DNA of 64,000 nt from Eledone cirrhosa (Eukaryota): contig OZ024741.1 in assembly GCA_964016885.1 (NCBI GenBank), positions 245,830,001 to 245,894,000 on the forward strand. Reading direction: 5' to 3'. Below are positions 27,001 to 41,614 of the stretch, one piece after another. Both the position numbers and the translations under genes were made by a program. How positions within the stretch are numbered: the first letter of the stretch is position 1; each line of letters opens with the position of its first letter. The notes beneath the pieces are model-generated. The model saw nothing but the letters and a program-made list of their open reading frames with translations. It was not told the DNA's origin and did no database searches.

Positions 27001-28540
27001 TTACAAATTATCTACCCCTGATTTTTTTTTACAAATTATCTCCCCCTGATTTTTTTTACAAATTATCTCCCCCTGATTTTTTTTTTACAAATTATCTCCC
27101 CCTGATTTTTTTACAAATTATCTCCCACTGATTTTTTTTACAAATTATCTCCGCCTGATTTTTTTAAATATTATCTCTCCTTGGCTGGCGGGAAATTATC
27201 TCCCCTTGGACGGCTGGAAATTATCTCCCCTTGGAAGGATGGAAATTATCTCCCCTTGGACGGCTGGAAATTATCTACCCCTGATTTTTTTTACAAATTA
27301 TCTCCCCCTGATTTTTTTTACAAATTATCTCCCCCTGATTTTTTTTACAAATTATCTACCCCTGATTTTTTTTACAAATTATCTCCCCCTGATTTTTTTT
27401 TACAAATTATCTCCCCCTGATTTTTTTACAAATTATCTCCCCCTGATTTTTTTTACAATCTCCGCCTGATTTTTTTAAAAATTGTCTTCCCTTGGCTGGC
27501 TGGAAATTATCTCCCCTTGGACACTGGATATTATAGCCCCTTGGAGGGCTGGAAATTATCTTCCCTTGGACGGCTGGAAATTATCTCCCCTTGATTTTTT
27601 TTACAAATTATCTCCGCCTGATTTTTTTTTACAAATTATCTCCCCCTGATTTTTTTTTACAAATTATCTACCCCTGATTTTTTTTTACAAATTATCTCCC
27701 CCTGATTTTTTTTACAAATTATCTCCCCCTGATTTTTCTTTTACAAATTATCTCCCCCTGATTTTTTTACAAATTATCTCCCCCTGATTTTTTTTACAAA
27801 TTATCTCCGCCTGATTTTTTTAAATATTATCTTCCCTTGGCTGGCGGGAAATTATCTCCCCTTGGACGGCTGGAAATTATCTGCCCTTGATTTTCTTTTT
27901 ACAAATTATCTTCCACTGATTTTTTTTACAAATTATCTTCACCTGATTTTTTAAAAAATTATCTCCCCTTGGAAGGCTGGAAATTATCTCCCCTTGGACG
28001 GCTGGAAATTATCTCCCCTTGGACGGCTAGAAATTATCTCTCCTTGGACGGCTGAAAATTATCTCCCCTTGGACGGCTGCAAATTATCTCCCCTTGATTT
28101 TTTTTACAAATTATCTCCCCCTGATTTTTTTTACAAATTATCTCCCCCTGATTTTTTTACAAATTATCTACCCCTGATTTTTTTTACAAATTATCTCCCC
28201 CTGATTTTTTTTTACAAATTATCTCCCCCTGATTTTTTTTTACAAATTATCTCCCCCTGATTTTTTTTTACAAATTATCTCCCCCTGATTTTTTTACAAA
28301 TTATCTCCCCCTGATTTTTTTTACAATCTCCGCCTGATTTTTTTAAAAATTATCTTCCCTTGGCTGGCGGGAAATTATCTCCCCTTGGACGGCTGGAAAT
28401 TATCTCCCCTTGGAAGGATGGAAATTATCTCCCCTTGGACGGCTGGAAATTATCTCCCCTTGCACGGCTGGAAATTATCTCCCCTTGGCTGGAAATTATC
28501 TCCCCTTGGACGGCTAGAAATTATCTCTCTTTGGACGGCT
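20480..28540 (+). repeat. Tandem duplication of ~4,030 bp
   Basis: ORF pairs 21598/25628, 22304/26335, 23150/27181, 23963/27994 and 24329/28360 are offset 4,030-4,031. The variant translating SPLDFFLQIFSP occurs only at ~21.85 and ~25.88 kb. Confidence 0.88.
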
Positions 28541-29599
28541 GGAAATTATCTCCCTTTGATTTTTTTTACAAATTATCTCCCTCTGATTTTTTTTACAAAT
28601 CTCCCCCTGATTTTTTTAAAAAAATTATCTCCCCTTCGCTGGCTGGAAATTATCTTCCCTTGGACGGCTGGAAATTATCTCCCCTTGATTTTTTTTACAA
28701 ATTATCTCCGCCTGATTTTTTTTTTAAATTATCTCTCCTTGGACGGCTGGAAATTATCTCCCCTTGATTTTTTTTACAAATAATCTCCCCCTGATTTTTT
28801 TTTATAAATTATCTCCCCCTGATTTTTTTTTACAAATTATCTACCCCTGATTTTTTTTTACAAATTATCTCCCCCTGATTTTTTTTACAAATTATCTCCC
28901 CCTGATTTTTCTTTTACAAATTATCTCCCCCTGATTTTTTTACAAATTATCTCCCCCTGATTTTTTTTACAAATTGTCTCCGCCTGATTTTTTTAAATAT
29001 TATCTTCCCTTGGCTGGCGGGAAATTACCTCCCCTTGGACGGCTGGAAATTATCTGCCCTTGATTTTCTTTTTACAAATTATCTTCCACTGATTTTTTTT
29101 ACAAATTATCTCCACCTGATTTTTTAAAAAATTATCTCCCCTTGGAAGGCTGGAAATTATCTCCCCTTGGACGGCTAGAAATTATCTCTCTTTGGACGGC
29201 TGGAAATTATCACCCCTTGAGTTTTTTACAAATTATCTCCCCCTGATTTTTTTTACAAATCTCCCAGTGATTTTTAAAAAAAAATTATCTCCCCTTCGCT
29301 GGCTGGAAATTATCTCCCCTTGGACGCTGGAAATTATAGCCCCTTGGAGGGCTGGAAATTATCTTCCCTTGGACGGCTGGAAATTATCTCCCCTTGGACG
29401 GCTGGAAATTATCTCTCCTTGGACGGCTAGAATTTACCTCTCCTTGGACGGCTGAAAATTATCTCCCCTTGAACGGCTGGAAATTATCTCCCCTTGATTT
29501 TTTTTACAAATTATCTCCCCCTTTTTTTTTTTTACAAATTATCTCCCCCTGATTTTTTTTTACAAATTATCTCCCCCTGATTTTTTTTTACAAATTATC

Positions 29600-32500
29600 T
29601 CCCCCTGATTTTTTTTACAAATTATCTCCCCCCTGATTTTTTTACAAATTATCTCCCCTTGGCTGGTTGGAAATTATCTCCCCTTGGAGGCTGGAACTTA
29701 TCTCCCCTTGGACGGCTAGAAATTACCTCTCCTTGGACGGCTGGAAAATATGTCTCCTTGGACGGCTGGATATTATCTCCCCTTGGACGGCTGGAAATTA
29801 TCTCCCCTTGGACGGCTGGAAATTATCTCCCCTTGGATGGCTAGATATTACCTCCCCTTGGACGGCTGGAAATTATCTCCCCTTGATTTTTTTAACAAAT
29901 TATCTCCCCCTGATTTTTTTTACAAATTATCTCCCCCTGATTTTTTTTAAAAAATTATCTCCCCCTGATTTTTGTTTACAAATTATCTCCGCCTGATTTT
30001 TTTTAACAAATTATCTCCCCTTGGACGGCTGGAAATTATCTCCCCTTGGACGGCTGGAAATTATATCTCCTTGGACGGCTAGAATTTACCTCTCCTTGGA
30101 CGGCTGAAAATTATCTCCCCTTGGACGGCTGGAAATTATCTCCCCTTGATTTTTTTTACAAATTATCTCCCCCTGATTTTTTTTTACAAATTATCTCCCC
30201 CTGATTTTTTTTTACAAATTATCTCCCCCTGATTTTTTTTTACAAATTATCTCCCCCTGATTTTTTTACAAATTATCTTCCCTTGGCTGGCTGGAAATTA
30301 TCTCCCCTTGGAGGCTGGAACTTATCTCCACTTGGACGGCTAGAAATTACCTCTCCTTGGACGGCTGGAAAATATGTCTCCTTGGACGGCTGGATATTAT
30401 CTCCCCTTGGACGGCTGGAAATTATCTCCCCTTGGACGGCTGGAAATTATCTCCCCTTGGATGGCTAGATATTACCTCCCCTTGGACGGCTGGAAATTAT
30501 CTCCCCTTGATTTTTTTTACAAATTATCTCCCCCTGATTTTTTTTTACAAATTATCTCCCCCTGATTTTTTTTTACAAATTATCTCCCCCTGATTTTTGT
30601 TTACAAATTATCTCCGCCTGATTTTTTTTTTAAAATTATCTCCCCTTGGACGGCTGGAAATTATCTCCCCTTGGACGGCTAGAAATTACCTCTCCTTGGA
30701 CGGCTGAAAATTATCTCCCCTTGGACGGCTGGAAATTATCTCCCCTTGATTTTTTTACAAATTATCTCCCCCTGATTTTTTTTTTACAAATTATCTCCCC
30801 CTGATTTTTTTTTACAAATTATCTACCCCTGATTTTTTTTTACAAATTATCTCCCCCTGATTTTTTTTTACAAATTATCTACCCCTGATTTTTTTTACAA
30901 ATTATCTCCCCCTGATTTTTTTTACAAATTATCTCCCCCTGATTTTTTTTTTACAAATTATCTCCCCCTGATTTTTTTACAAATTATCTCCCCCTGATTT
31001 TTTTTACAAATTATCTCCGCCGGATTTTTTTAAATATTATCTTCCCTTGGCTTGCGGGAAATTATCTCCCCTTGGACGGCTGAAAATTATCTCCCCTTGG
31101 ACGGCTGGAAATTATCTCCCCTTGCACGGCTGGAAATTATCTCCCCTTGGACGGCTAGAAATTATCTCTCTTTGGACGGCTGGAAATTATCTCCCTTTGA
31201 TTTTTTTTACAAATTATCTCCCTCTGATTTTTTTTACGAATCTCCCCCTGATTTTTTTAAAAAAATTATCTCCCCTTCGCTGGCTGGAAATTATCTCCCC
31301 TTGGACACTGGAAATTATAGCCCCTTGGAGGGCTGGAAATTATCTTCCCTTGGACGGCTGGAAATTATCTCCCCCTGATTTTTTTTACAAATTATCTCCG
31401 CCTTATTTTTTTAAAAAGTTATCTCTCCTTGGACGGCTGGAAATTATCTCCCCTTGATTTTTTTTACAAATAATCTCCCCCTGATTTTTTTTTACAAATT
31501 ATCTCCCCCTGATTTTTTTTTACAAATTATCTACCCCTGATTTTCTTTTACAAATTATCTCCCCCTGATTTTTGTTACAAATTATCTCCCCCTGATTTTT
31601 CTTTTACAAATTATCTCCCCCTGATTTTTTTTACAAATTATCTCCGCCTGATTTTTTTAAATATTATCTTCCCTTGGCTGGCGGGAAATTATCTCCCCTT
31701 GGATGGCTGGAAATTATCTGCCCTTGATTTTCTTTTTACAAATTATCTTCCACTGATTTTTTTTACAAATTATCTCCACCTGATTTTTTTAAAAATTATC
31801 TCCCCTTGGAAGGCTGGAAATTATCTCCCCTTGGCTGGAAATTATCTCCCCTTGGACGGCTAGAAATTATCTCTCTTTGTACGGCTGGAAATTATCACCC
31901 CTTGAGTTTTTTACAAATTATCTCCCCCTGATTTTTTTTACAAATCTCCCAGTGTTTTTTAAAAAAAATTATCTCCCCTTCGCTGGCTGGAAATTATCTC
32001 CCCTTGGACGCTGGAAATTATAGCCCCTTGGAGGGCTGGAAATTATCTTCCCTTGGACGGCTGGAAATTATCTCCCCTTGATTTTTTTTACAAATTATCT
32101 CCTCCTGATTTTTTTTTACAAATTATCTCCCCCTGATTTTTTTTTACAACTTATCTGCGCCTGATTTTTTTAAAAAAATTATCTTCCCTTGGACGGCTGG
32201 AAATTATCTCCCCTTGGACGGCTGGAAATTATCTCTCCTTGGACGGCTAGAATTTACCTCTCCTTGGACGGCTGAAAATTATCTCCCCTTGGACGGCTGG
32301 AAATTATCTCCCCTTGATTTTTTTTACAAATTATCTCCCCCTGATTTTTTTTTACAAATTATCTGCCCCTGATTTTTTTTTACAAATTATCTCCCCCTGA
32401 TTTTTTTTTTAAAATTATCTCCCCCTGATTTTTTTTACAAATTATCTCCCCCTGATTTTTTTACAAATTATCTCCCCTTGGCTGGCTGGAAATTATCTCC

Positions 32501-35500
32501 CCTTGGAGGCTGGAACTTATGTCCCCTTGGACGGCTAGAAATGACCTCTCCTTGGACGGCTGGAAAATATGTCTCCTTGGACGGCTGGATATTATCTCCC
32601 CTTGGACGGCTGGAAATTATCTCCCCTTGGACGGCTGGAAATTATCTCCCCTTGGATGGCTAGATATTACCTCCCCTTGGACGGCTGGAAATTATCTCCC
32701 CTTGATTTTTTTTACAAATTATCTCCCCCTGATTTTTTTTTACAAATTTTCTCCCCCTGATTTTTGTTTACAAATTATCTCCGCCTGATTTTTTTTTAAA
32801 AATTATCTCCCCTTGGACGGCTGGAAATTATCTCCCCTTGGACGGCTAGAAATTACCTCTCCTTGGACGGCTGAAAATTATCTCCCCTTGGACGGCTGGA
32901 AATTATCTCCCCTTGATTTTTTTACAAATAATCTCCCCCTGATTTTTTTTTACAAATTATCTCCCCCTGATTTTTTTTTTACAAATTATCTCCCCCTGAT
33001 TTTTTTTTACAAATTATCTACCCCTGATTTTTTTTACAAATTATCTCCCCCTGATTTTTTTTACAAATTATCTCCCCCTGATTTTTTTTTACAAATTATC
33101 TCCCCCTGATTTTTTTACAAATTATCTCCCCCTGATTTTTTTTACAAATTATCTCCGCCTGATTTTTTTAAATATTATCTTCCCTTGGCTGGCGGGAAAT
33201 TATCTCCCCTTGGACGGCTGAAAATTATCTCCCCTTGGACGGCTGGAAATTATCTCCCCTTGATTCTTTTTACAAATTATCTCCCCCTGATTTTTTTTTA
33301 CAAATTATCTCCCCCTGATTTTTTTACAAATTATCTCCCCCTGATTTTTTTTTACAAATTATCTCCCCCTGATTTTTTTTACAAATTATTTCCCTCTGAT
33401 TTTTTTGCAAATTATCTCCCCCTGATTTTTTTTTTACAAATTATCTCCCCCTGATTTTTTTTTACAAATTATCTCCCCCTGATTTTTTTTTACAAATTAT
33501 CTCCCCCTGATTTTTTTTACAAATTATCTCCCCCCTGATTTTTTTACAAATTATCTCCCCTTGGCTGGCTGGAAATTATCTCCCCTTGGAGGCTGGAACT
33601 TATCTCCCCTTGGACGGCTAGAAATTACCTCTCCTTGGACGGCTGGAAAATATGTCTCCTTGGACGGCTGGATATTATCTCCCCTTGGACGGCTGGAAAT
33701 TATCTCCCCTTGGACGGCTGGAAATTATCTCCCATTGGATGGCTAGATATTACCTCCCCTTGGACGGCTGGAAATTATCTCCCCTTGATCTTTTTACAAA
33801 TTATCTCCCCCTGATTTTTTTTTTACAAATTATCTCCCCCTGATTTTTTTTTACAAATTATCTACCCCTGATTTTTTTTTACAAATTATCTCCCCCTGAT
33901 TTTTTTTACAAATTATCTCCCCCTGATTTTTTTTTACAAATTATCTCCCCCTGATTTTTTTTACAAATTATCTCCCCCCTGATTTTTTTACAAATTATCT
34001 CCCCTTGGCTGGTTGGAAATTATCTCCCCTTGGAGGCTGGAACTTATCTCCCCTTGGACGGCTAGAAATTACCTCTCCTTGGACGGCTGGAAAATATGTC
34101 TCCTTGGACGGCTGGATATTATCTCCCCTTGGACGGCTGGAAATTATCTCCCCTTGGACGGCTGGAAATTATCTCCCCTTGGATGGCTAGATATTACCTC
34201 CCCTTGGACGGCTGGAAATTATCTCCCCTTGATTTTTTTAACAAATTATCTCCCCCTGATTTTTTTTACAAATTATCTCCCCCTGATTTTTTTTAAAAAA
34301 TTATCTCCCCCTGATTTTTGTTTACAAATTATCTCCGCCTGATTTTTTTTAACAAATTATCTCCCCTTGGACGGCTGGAAATTATCTCCCCTTGGACGGC
34401 TGGAAATTATATCTCCTTGGACGGCTAGAATTTACCTCTCCTTGGACGGCTGAAAATTATCTCCCCTTGGACGGCTGGAAATTATCTCCCCTTGATTTTT
34501 TTTACAAATTATCTCCCCCTGATTTTTTTTTACAAATTATCTCCCCCTGATTTTTTTTTACAAATTATCTCCCCCTGATTTTTTTTTACAAATTATCTCC
34601 CCCTGATTTTTTTACAAATTATCTCCCCTTGGCTGGCTGGAAATTATCTCCCCTTGGAGGCTGGAACTTATCTCCACTTGGACGGCTAGAAATTACCTCT
34701 CCTTGGACGGCTGGAAAATATGTCTCCTTGGACGGCTGGATATTATCTCCCCTTGGACGGCTGGAAATTATCTCCCCTTGGACGGCTGGAAATTATCTCC
34801 CCTTGGATGGCTAGATATTACCTCCCCTTGGACGGCTGGAAATTATCTCCCCTTGATTTTTTTTACAAATTATCTCCCCCTGATTTTTTTTTACAAATTA
34901 TCTCCCCCTGATTTTTTTTTACAAATTATCTCCCCCTGATTTTTGTTTACAAATTATCTCCGCCTGATTTTTTTTTTAAAATTATCTCCCCTTGGACGGA
35001 TGGAAATTATCTCCCCTTGGACGGCTAGAAATTACCTCTCCTTGGACGGCTGAAAATTATCTCCCCTTGGACGGCTGGAAATTATCTCCCCTTGATTTTT
35101 TTACAAATTATCTCCCCCTGATTTTTTTTTTACAAATTATCTCCCCCTGATTTTTTTTTACAAATTATCTACCCCTGATTATTTTTTACAAATTATCTCC
35201 CCCTGATTTTTTTTTACAAATTATCTACCCCTGATTTTTTTTACAAATTATCTCCCCCTGATTTTTTTTACAAATTATCTCCCCCTGATTTTTTTTTTAC
35301 AAATTATCTCCCCCTGATTTTTTTACAAATTATCTCCCCCTGATTTTTTTTACAAATTATCTCCGCCGGATTTTTTTAAATATTATCTTCCCTTGGCTTG
35401 CGGGAAATTATCTCCCCTTGGACGGCTGAAAATTATCTCCCCTTGGACGGCTGGAAATTATCTCCCCTTGATTTTTTTTACAAATTATCTCCCCCTGATT

Positions 35501-38500
35501 TTTTTTTACAAATTATCTCCCCCTGATTTTTTTTACAAATTATCTCCCCCTGATTTTTTTTACAAATTATCTCCCCCTGATTTTTTTTACAAATTATCTC
35601 CCCCTGATTTTTTTTTACAAATTATCTCCCCCTGATTTTTTTACAAATTATCTCCCCCTGATTTTTTTTACAAATTATCTCCGCCTGATTTTTTAAAATA
35701 TTATCTTCCCTTGGCTGGCGGGAAATTATCTCCCCTGGACGGCTGGAAATTATCTGCCCTTGATTTTCTTTTTACAAATTAACTTCCACTGATTTTTTTT
35801 ACAAATTATCTCCACCTGATTTTTTTAAAAATTATCTCCCCTTGGAAGGCTGGAAATTATCTCCCCTTGGCTGGAAATTATCTCCCCTTGGACGGCTAGA
35901 AATTATCTCTCTTTGGACGGCTGGAAATTATCACCCCTTGAGTTTTTTACAAATTATCTCCCCCTGATTTTTTTTACAAATCTCCCAGTGATTTTTAAAA
36001 AAAAATTATCTTCCCTTCGCTGGCTGGAAATTATCTCCCCTTGGACGCTGGAAATTATAGCCCCTTGGAGGGCTGGAAATTATCTTCCCTTGGACGGCTG
36101 GAAATTACCTCCCCTTGATTTTTTTTACAAATTATCTCCCCCTGATTTTTTTTTACAAATTATCTCCCCCTGATTTTTTTAAAAAAATTATCTCCCCTTG
36201 GACGGCTGGAAATTATCTCCCTTTGGACGGCTGGAAATTATCTCTCCTTGGACGGCTAGAATTTACCTCTCCTTGGACGGCTGAAAATTATCTCCCCTTG
36301 GACGGCTGGAAATTATCTCCCCTTGATTTTTTTTACAAATTATCTCCCCCTGATTTTTTTTTACAAATTATCTCCCCCTGATTTTTTTACAAATTATCTC
36401 CCACTGATTTTTTTTACAAATTATCTCCGCCTGATTTTTTTAAATATTATCTCTCCTTGGCTGGCGGGAAATTATCTCCCCTTGGACGGCTGGAAATTAT
36501 CTCCCCTTGGAAGGATGGAAATTATCTCCCCTTGGACGGCTGGAAATTATCTACCCCTGATTTTTTTTACAAATTATCTCCCCCTGATTTTTTTTACAAA
36601 TTATCTCCCCCTGATTTTTTTTACAAATTATCTACCCCTGATTTTTTTTACAAATTATCTCCCCCTGATTTTTTTTTACAAATTATCTCCCCCTGATTTT
36701 TTTTACAAATTATCTACCCCTGATTTTTTTACAAATTATCTCCCCCTGATTTTTTTTACAATCTCCGCCTGATTTTTTTAAAAATTGTCTTCCCTTGGCT
36801 GGCTGGAAATTATCTCCCCTTGGACACTGGAAATTATAGCCCCTTGGAGGGCTGGAAATTATCTTCCCTTGGACGGCTGGAAATTATCTCCCCTTGATTT
36901 TTTTTACAAATTATCTCCGCCTGATTTTTTTTTACAAATTATCTCCCCCTGATTTTTTTTTACAAATTATCTACCCCTGATTTTTTTTTACAAATTATCT
37001 CCCCCTGATTTTTTTTACAAATTATCTCCCCCTGATTTTTCTTTTACAAATTATCTCCCCCTGATTTTTTTACAAATTATCTCCCCCTGATTTTTTTTAC
37101 AAATTATCTCCGCCTGATTTTTTTAAATATTATCTTCCCTTGGCTGGCGGGAAATTATCTCCCCTTGGACGGCTGGAAATTATCTGCCCTTGATTTTCTT
37201 TTTACAAATTATCTTCCACTGATTTTTTTTACAAATTATCTCCACCTGATTTTTTAAAAAATTATCTCCCCTTGGAAGGCTGGAAATTATCTCCCCTTGG
37301 ACGGCTGGAAATTATCTCCCCTTGGACGGCTAGAAATTATCTCTCCTTGGACGGCTGAAAATTATCTCCCCTTGGACGGCTGCAAATTATCTCCCCTTGA
37401 TTTTTTTTACAAATTATCTCCCCCTGATTTTTTTTACAAATTATCTCCCCCTGATTTTTTTACAAATTATCTACCCCTGATTTTTTTTACAAATTATCTC
37501 CCCCTGATTTTTTTTTACAAATTATCTCCCCCTGATTTTTTTTTACAAATTATCTCCCCCTGATTTTTTTTTTACAAATTATCTCCCCCTGATTTTTTTA
37601 CAAATTATCTCCCCCTGATTTTTTTTACAATCTCCGCCTGATTTTTTTAAAAATTATCTTCCCTTGGCTGGCGGGAAATTATCTCCCCTTGGACGGCTGG
37701 AAATTATCTCCCCTTGGAAGGATGGAAATTATCTCCCCTTGGACGGCTGGAAATTATCTCCCCTTGCACGGCTGGAAATTATCTCCCCTTGGCTGGAAAT
37801 TATCTCCCCTTGGACGGCTAGAAATTATCTCTCTTTGGACGGCTGGAAATTATCTCCCTTTGATTTTTTTTACAAATTATCTCCCTCTGATTTTTTTTAC
37901 AAATCTCCCCCTGATTTTTTTAAAAAAATTATCTCCCCTTCGCTGGCTGGAAATTATCTTCCCTTGGACGGCTGGAAATTATCTCCCCTTGATTTTTTTT
38001 ACAAATTATCTCCGCCTGATTTTTTTTTTAAATTATCTCTCCTTGGACGGCTGGAAATTATCTCCCCTTGATTTTTTTTACAAATAATCTCCCCCTGATT
38101 TTTTTTTATAAATTATCTCCCCCTGATTTTTTTTTACAAATTATCTACCCCTGATTTTTTTTTACAAATTATCTCCCCCTGATTTTTTTTACAAATTATC
38201 TCCCCCTGATTTTTCCTTTACAAATTATCTCCCCCTGATTTTTTTACAAATTATCTCCCCCTGATTTTTTTTACAAATTGTCTCCGCCTGATTTTTTTAA
38301 ATATTATCTTCCCTTGGCTGGCGGGAAATTACCTCCCCTTGGACGGCTGGAAATTATCTGCCCTTGATTTTCTTTTTACAAATTATCTTCCACTGATTTT
38401 TTTTACAAATTATCTCCACCTGATTTTTTAAAAAATTATCTCCCCTTGGAAGGCTGGAAATTATCTCCCCTTGGACGGCTAGAAATTATCTCTCTTTGGA

Positions 38501-40600
38501 CGGCTGGAAATTATCACCCCTTGAGTTTTTTACAAATTATCTCCCCCTGATTTTTTTTACAAATCTCCCAGTGATTTTTTAAAAAAAATTATCTCCCCTT
38601 CGCTGGCTGGAAATTATCTCCCCTTGGACGCTGGAAATTATAGCCCCTTGGAGGGCTGGAAATTATCTTCCCTTGGACGGCTGGAAATTATCTCCCCTTG
38701 ATTTTTTTTACAAATTATCTCCCCCTGATTTTTTTTTACAAATTATCTCCCCCTGATGTTTTTTTACAACTTATCTGCGCCTGATTTTTTTAAAAAAATT
38801 ATCTCCCCTTGGACGGCTGGAAATTATCTCCCCTTGGACGGCTGGAAATTATCTCTCCTTGGACGGCTAGAATTTACCTCTCCTTGGACGGCTGAAAATT
38901 ATCTCCCCTTGAACGGCTGGAAATTATCTCCCCTTGATTTTTTTTACAAATTATCTCCCCCTTTTTTTTTTTTACAAATTATCTCCCCCTGATTTTTTTT
39001 TACAAATTATCTCCCCCTGATTTTTTTTTACAAATTATCTCCCCCTGATTTTTTTTACAAATTATCTCCCCCCTGATTTTTTTACAAATTATCTCCCCTT
39101 GGCTGGTTGGAAATTATCTCCCCTTGGAGGCTGGAACTTATCTCCCCTTGGACGGCTAGAAATTACCTCTCCTTGGACGGCTGGAAAATATGTCTCCTTG
39201 GACGGCTGGATATTATCTCCCCTTGGACGGCTGGAAATTATCTCCCCTTGGACGGCTGGAAATTATCTCCCCTTGGATGGCTAGATATTACCTCCCCTTG
39301 GACGGCTGGAAATTATCTCCCCTTGATTTTTTTAACAAATTATCTCGCCCTGATTTTTTTTACAAATTATCTCCCCCTGATTTTTTTAAAAAAATTATCT
39401 CCCCCTGATTTTTGTTTACAAATTATCTCCGCCTGATTTTTTTTAACAAATTATCTCCCCTTGGACGGCTGGAAATTATCTCCCCTTGGACGGCTGGAAA
39501 TTATATCTCCTTGGACGGCTAGAATTTACCTCTCCTTGGACGGCTGAAAATTATCTCCCCTTGGACGGCTGGAAATTATCTCCCCTTGATTTTTTTTACA
39601 AATTATCTCCCCCTGATTTTTTTTTACAAATTATCTCCCCCTGATTTTTTTTTACAAATTATCTCCCCCTGATTTTTTTTTACAAATTATCTCCCCCTGA
39701 TTTTTTTACAAATTATCTCCCCTTGGCTGGCTGGAAATTATCTCCCCTTGGAGGCTGGAACTTATCTCCACTTGGACGGCTAGAAATTACCTCTCCTTGG
39801 ACGGCTGGAAAATATGTCTCCTTGGACGGCTGGATATTATCTCCCCTTGGACGGCTGGAAATTATCTCCCCTTGGACGGCTGGAAATTATCTCCCCTTGG
39901 ATGGCTAGATATTACCTCCCCTTGGACGGCTGGAAATTATCTCCCCTTGATTTTTTTTACAAATTATCTCCCCCTGATTTTTTTTTACAAATTATCTCCC
40001 CCTGATTTTTTTTTACAAATTATCTCCCCCTGATTTTTGTTTACAAATTATCTCCGCCTGATTTTTTTTTTAAAATTATCTCCCCTTGGACGGCTGGAAA
40101 TTATCTCCCCTTGGACGGCTAGAAATTACCTCTCCTTGGACGGCTGAAAATTATCTCCCCTTGGACGGCTGGAAATTATCTCCCCTTGATTTTTTTACAA
40201 ATTATCTCCCCTTGATTTTTTTTTTACAAATTATCTCCCCCTGATTTTTTTTTACAAATTATCTACCCCTGATTTTTTTTTACAAATTATCTCCCCCTGA
40301 TTTTTTTTTACAAATTATCTACCCCTGATTTTTTTTACAAATTATCTCCCCCTGATTTTTTTTACAAATTATCTCCCCCTGATTTTTTTTTTACAAATTA
40401 TCTCCCCCTGATTTTTTTACAAATTATCTCCCCCTGATTTTTTTTACAAATTATCTCCGCCGGATTTTTTTAAATATTATCTTCCCTTGGCTTGCGGGAA
40501 ATTATCTCCCCTTGGACGGCTGAAAATTATCTCCCCTTGGACGGCTGGAAATTATCTCCCCTTGATTTTTTTTACAAATTATCTCCCCCTGATTTTTTTT
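29600..40600 (+). repeat. Three copies of a ~1.45-kb module (cassette iii + cassette iv + long B run + GGCTTGCGGG junction) at offsets 4,346 and 5,094
   Basis: ORF triplets 29659/34005/39099, 30283/34629/39723 and 31047/35393/40487. Confidence 0.8.
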
Positions 40601-41614
40601 TACAAATTATCTCCCCCTGATTTTTTTTACAAATTATCTCCCCCTGATTTTTTTTTACAAATTATCTCCCCCTGATTTTTTTTACAAATTATCTCCCCCT
40701 GATTTTTTTTACAAATTATCTCCCCCTGATTTTTTTTTACAAATTATCTCCCCCTGATTTTTTTACAAATTATCTCCCCCTGATTTTTTTTACAAATTAT
40801 CTCCGCCTGATTTTTTAAAATATTATCTTCCCTTGGCTGGCGGGAAATTATCTCCCCTTGGACGGCTGGAAATTATCTGCCCTTGATTTTCTTTTTACAA
40901 ATTAACTTCCACTGATTTTTTTTACAAATTATCTCCACCTGATTTTTTTTAAAATTATCTCCCCTTGGAAGGCTGGAAATTATCTCCCCTTGGCTGGAAA
41001 TTATCGCCCCTTGGACGGCTAGAAATTATCTCTCTTTGGACGGCTGGAAATTATCACCCCTTGAGTTTTTTACAAATTATCTCCCCCTGATTTTTTTTAC
41101 AAATCTCCCAGTGATTTTTAAAAAAAAATTATCTTCCCTTCGCTGGCTGGAAATTATCTCCCCTTGGACGCTGGAAATTATAGCCCCTTGGAGGGCTGGA
41201 AATTATCTTCCCTTGGACGGCTGGAAATTATCTCCCCTTGATTTTTTTTACAAATTATCTCCCCCTGATTTTTTTTTACAAATTATCCCCCCCTGATTTT
41301 TTTTTACAACTTATCTGCGCCTGATTTTTTTAAAAAAATTATCTCCCCTTGGACGGCTGGAAATTATCTCCCCTTGGACGGCTGGAAATTATCTCTCCTT
41401 GGACGGCTAGAATTTACCTCTCCTTGGACGGCTAAAAATTATCTCCCCTTGGACGGCTGGAAATTATCTCCCCTTGATTTTTTTTACAAATTATCTCCCC
41501 CTGATTTTTTTTTACAAATTATCTCCCCCTGATTTTTTTTACAAATTATCTCCCCCTGATTTTTTTTTACAAATTATCTCCCCCTGATTTTTTTTTACAA
41601 ATTATCTCCCAATG

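Larger units (their letters stand above)
10800..33930 (+). repeat. Block ~10.8-18.7 kb repeated at ~25.9-33.9 kb (offset 15,126 then 15,206-15,207)
   Basis: ORF pairs 10837/25963, 11209/26335 and 12055/27181 are offset 15,126. Pairs 15076/30283, 15840/31047, 17271/32478 and 18354/33561 are offset 15,207. The ~80-bp step equals three B monomers missing near 13.1 kb. Confidence 0.85.
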
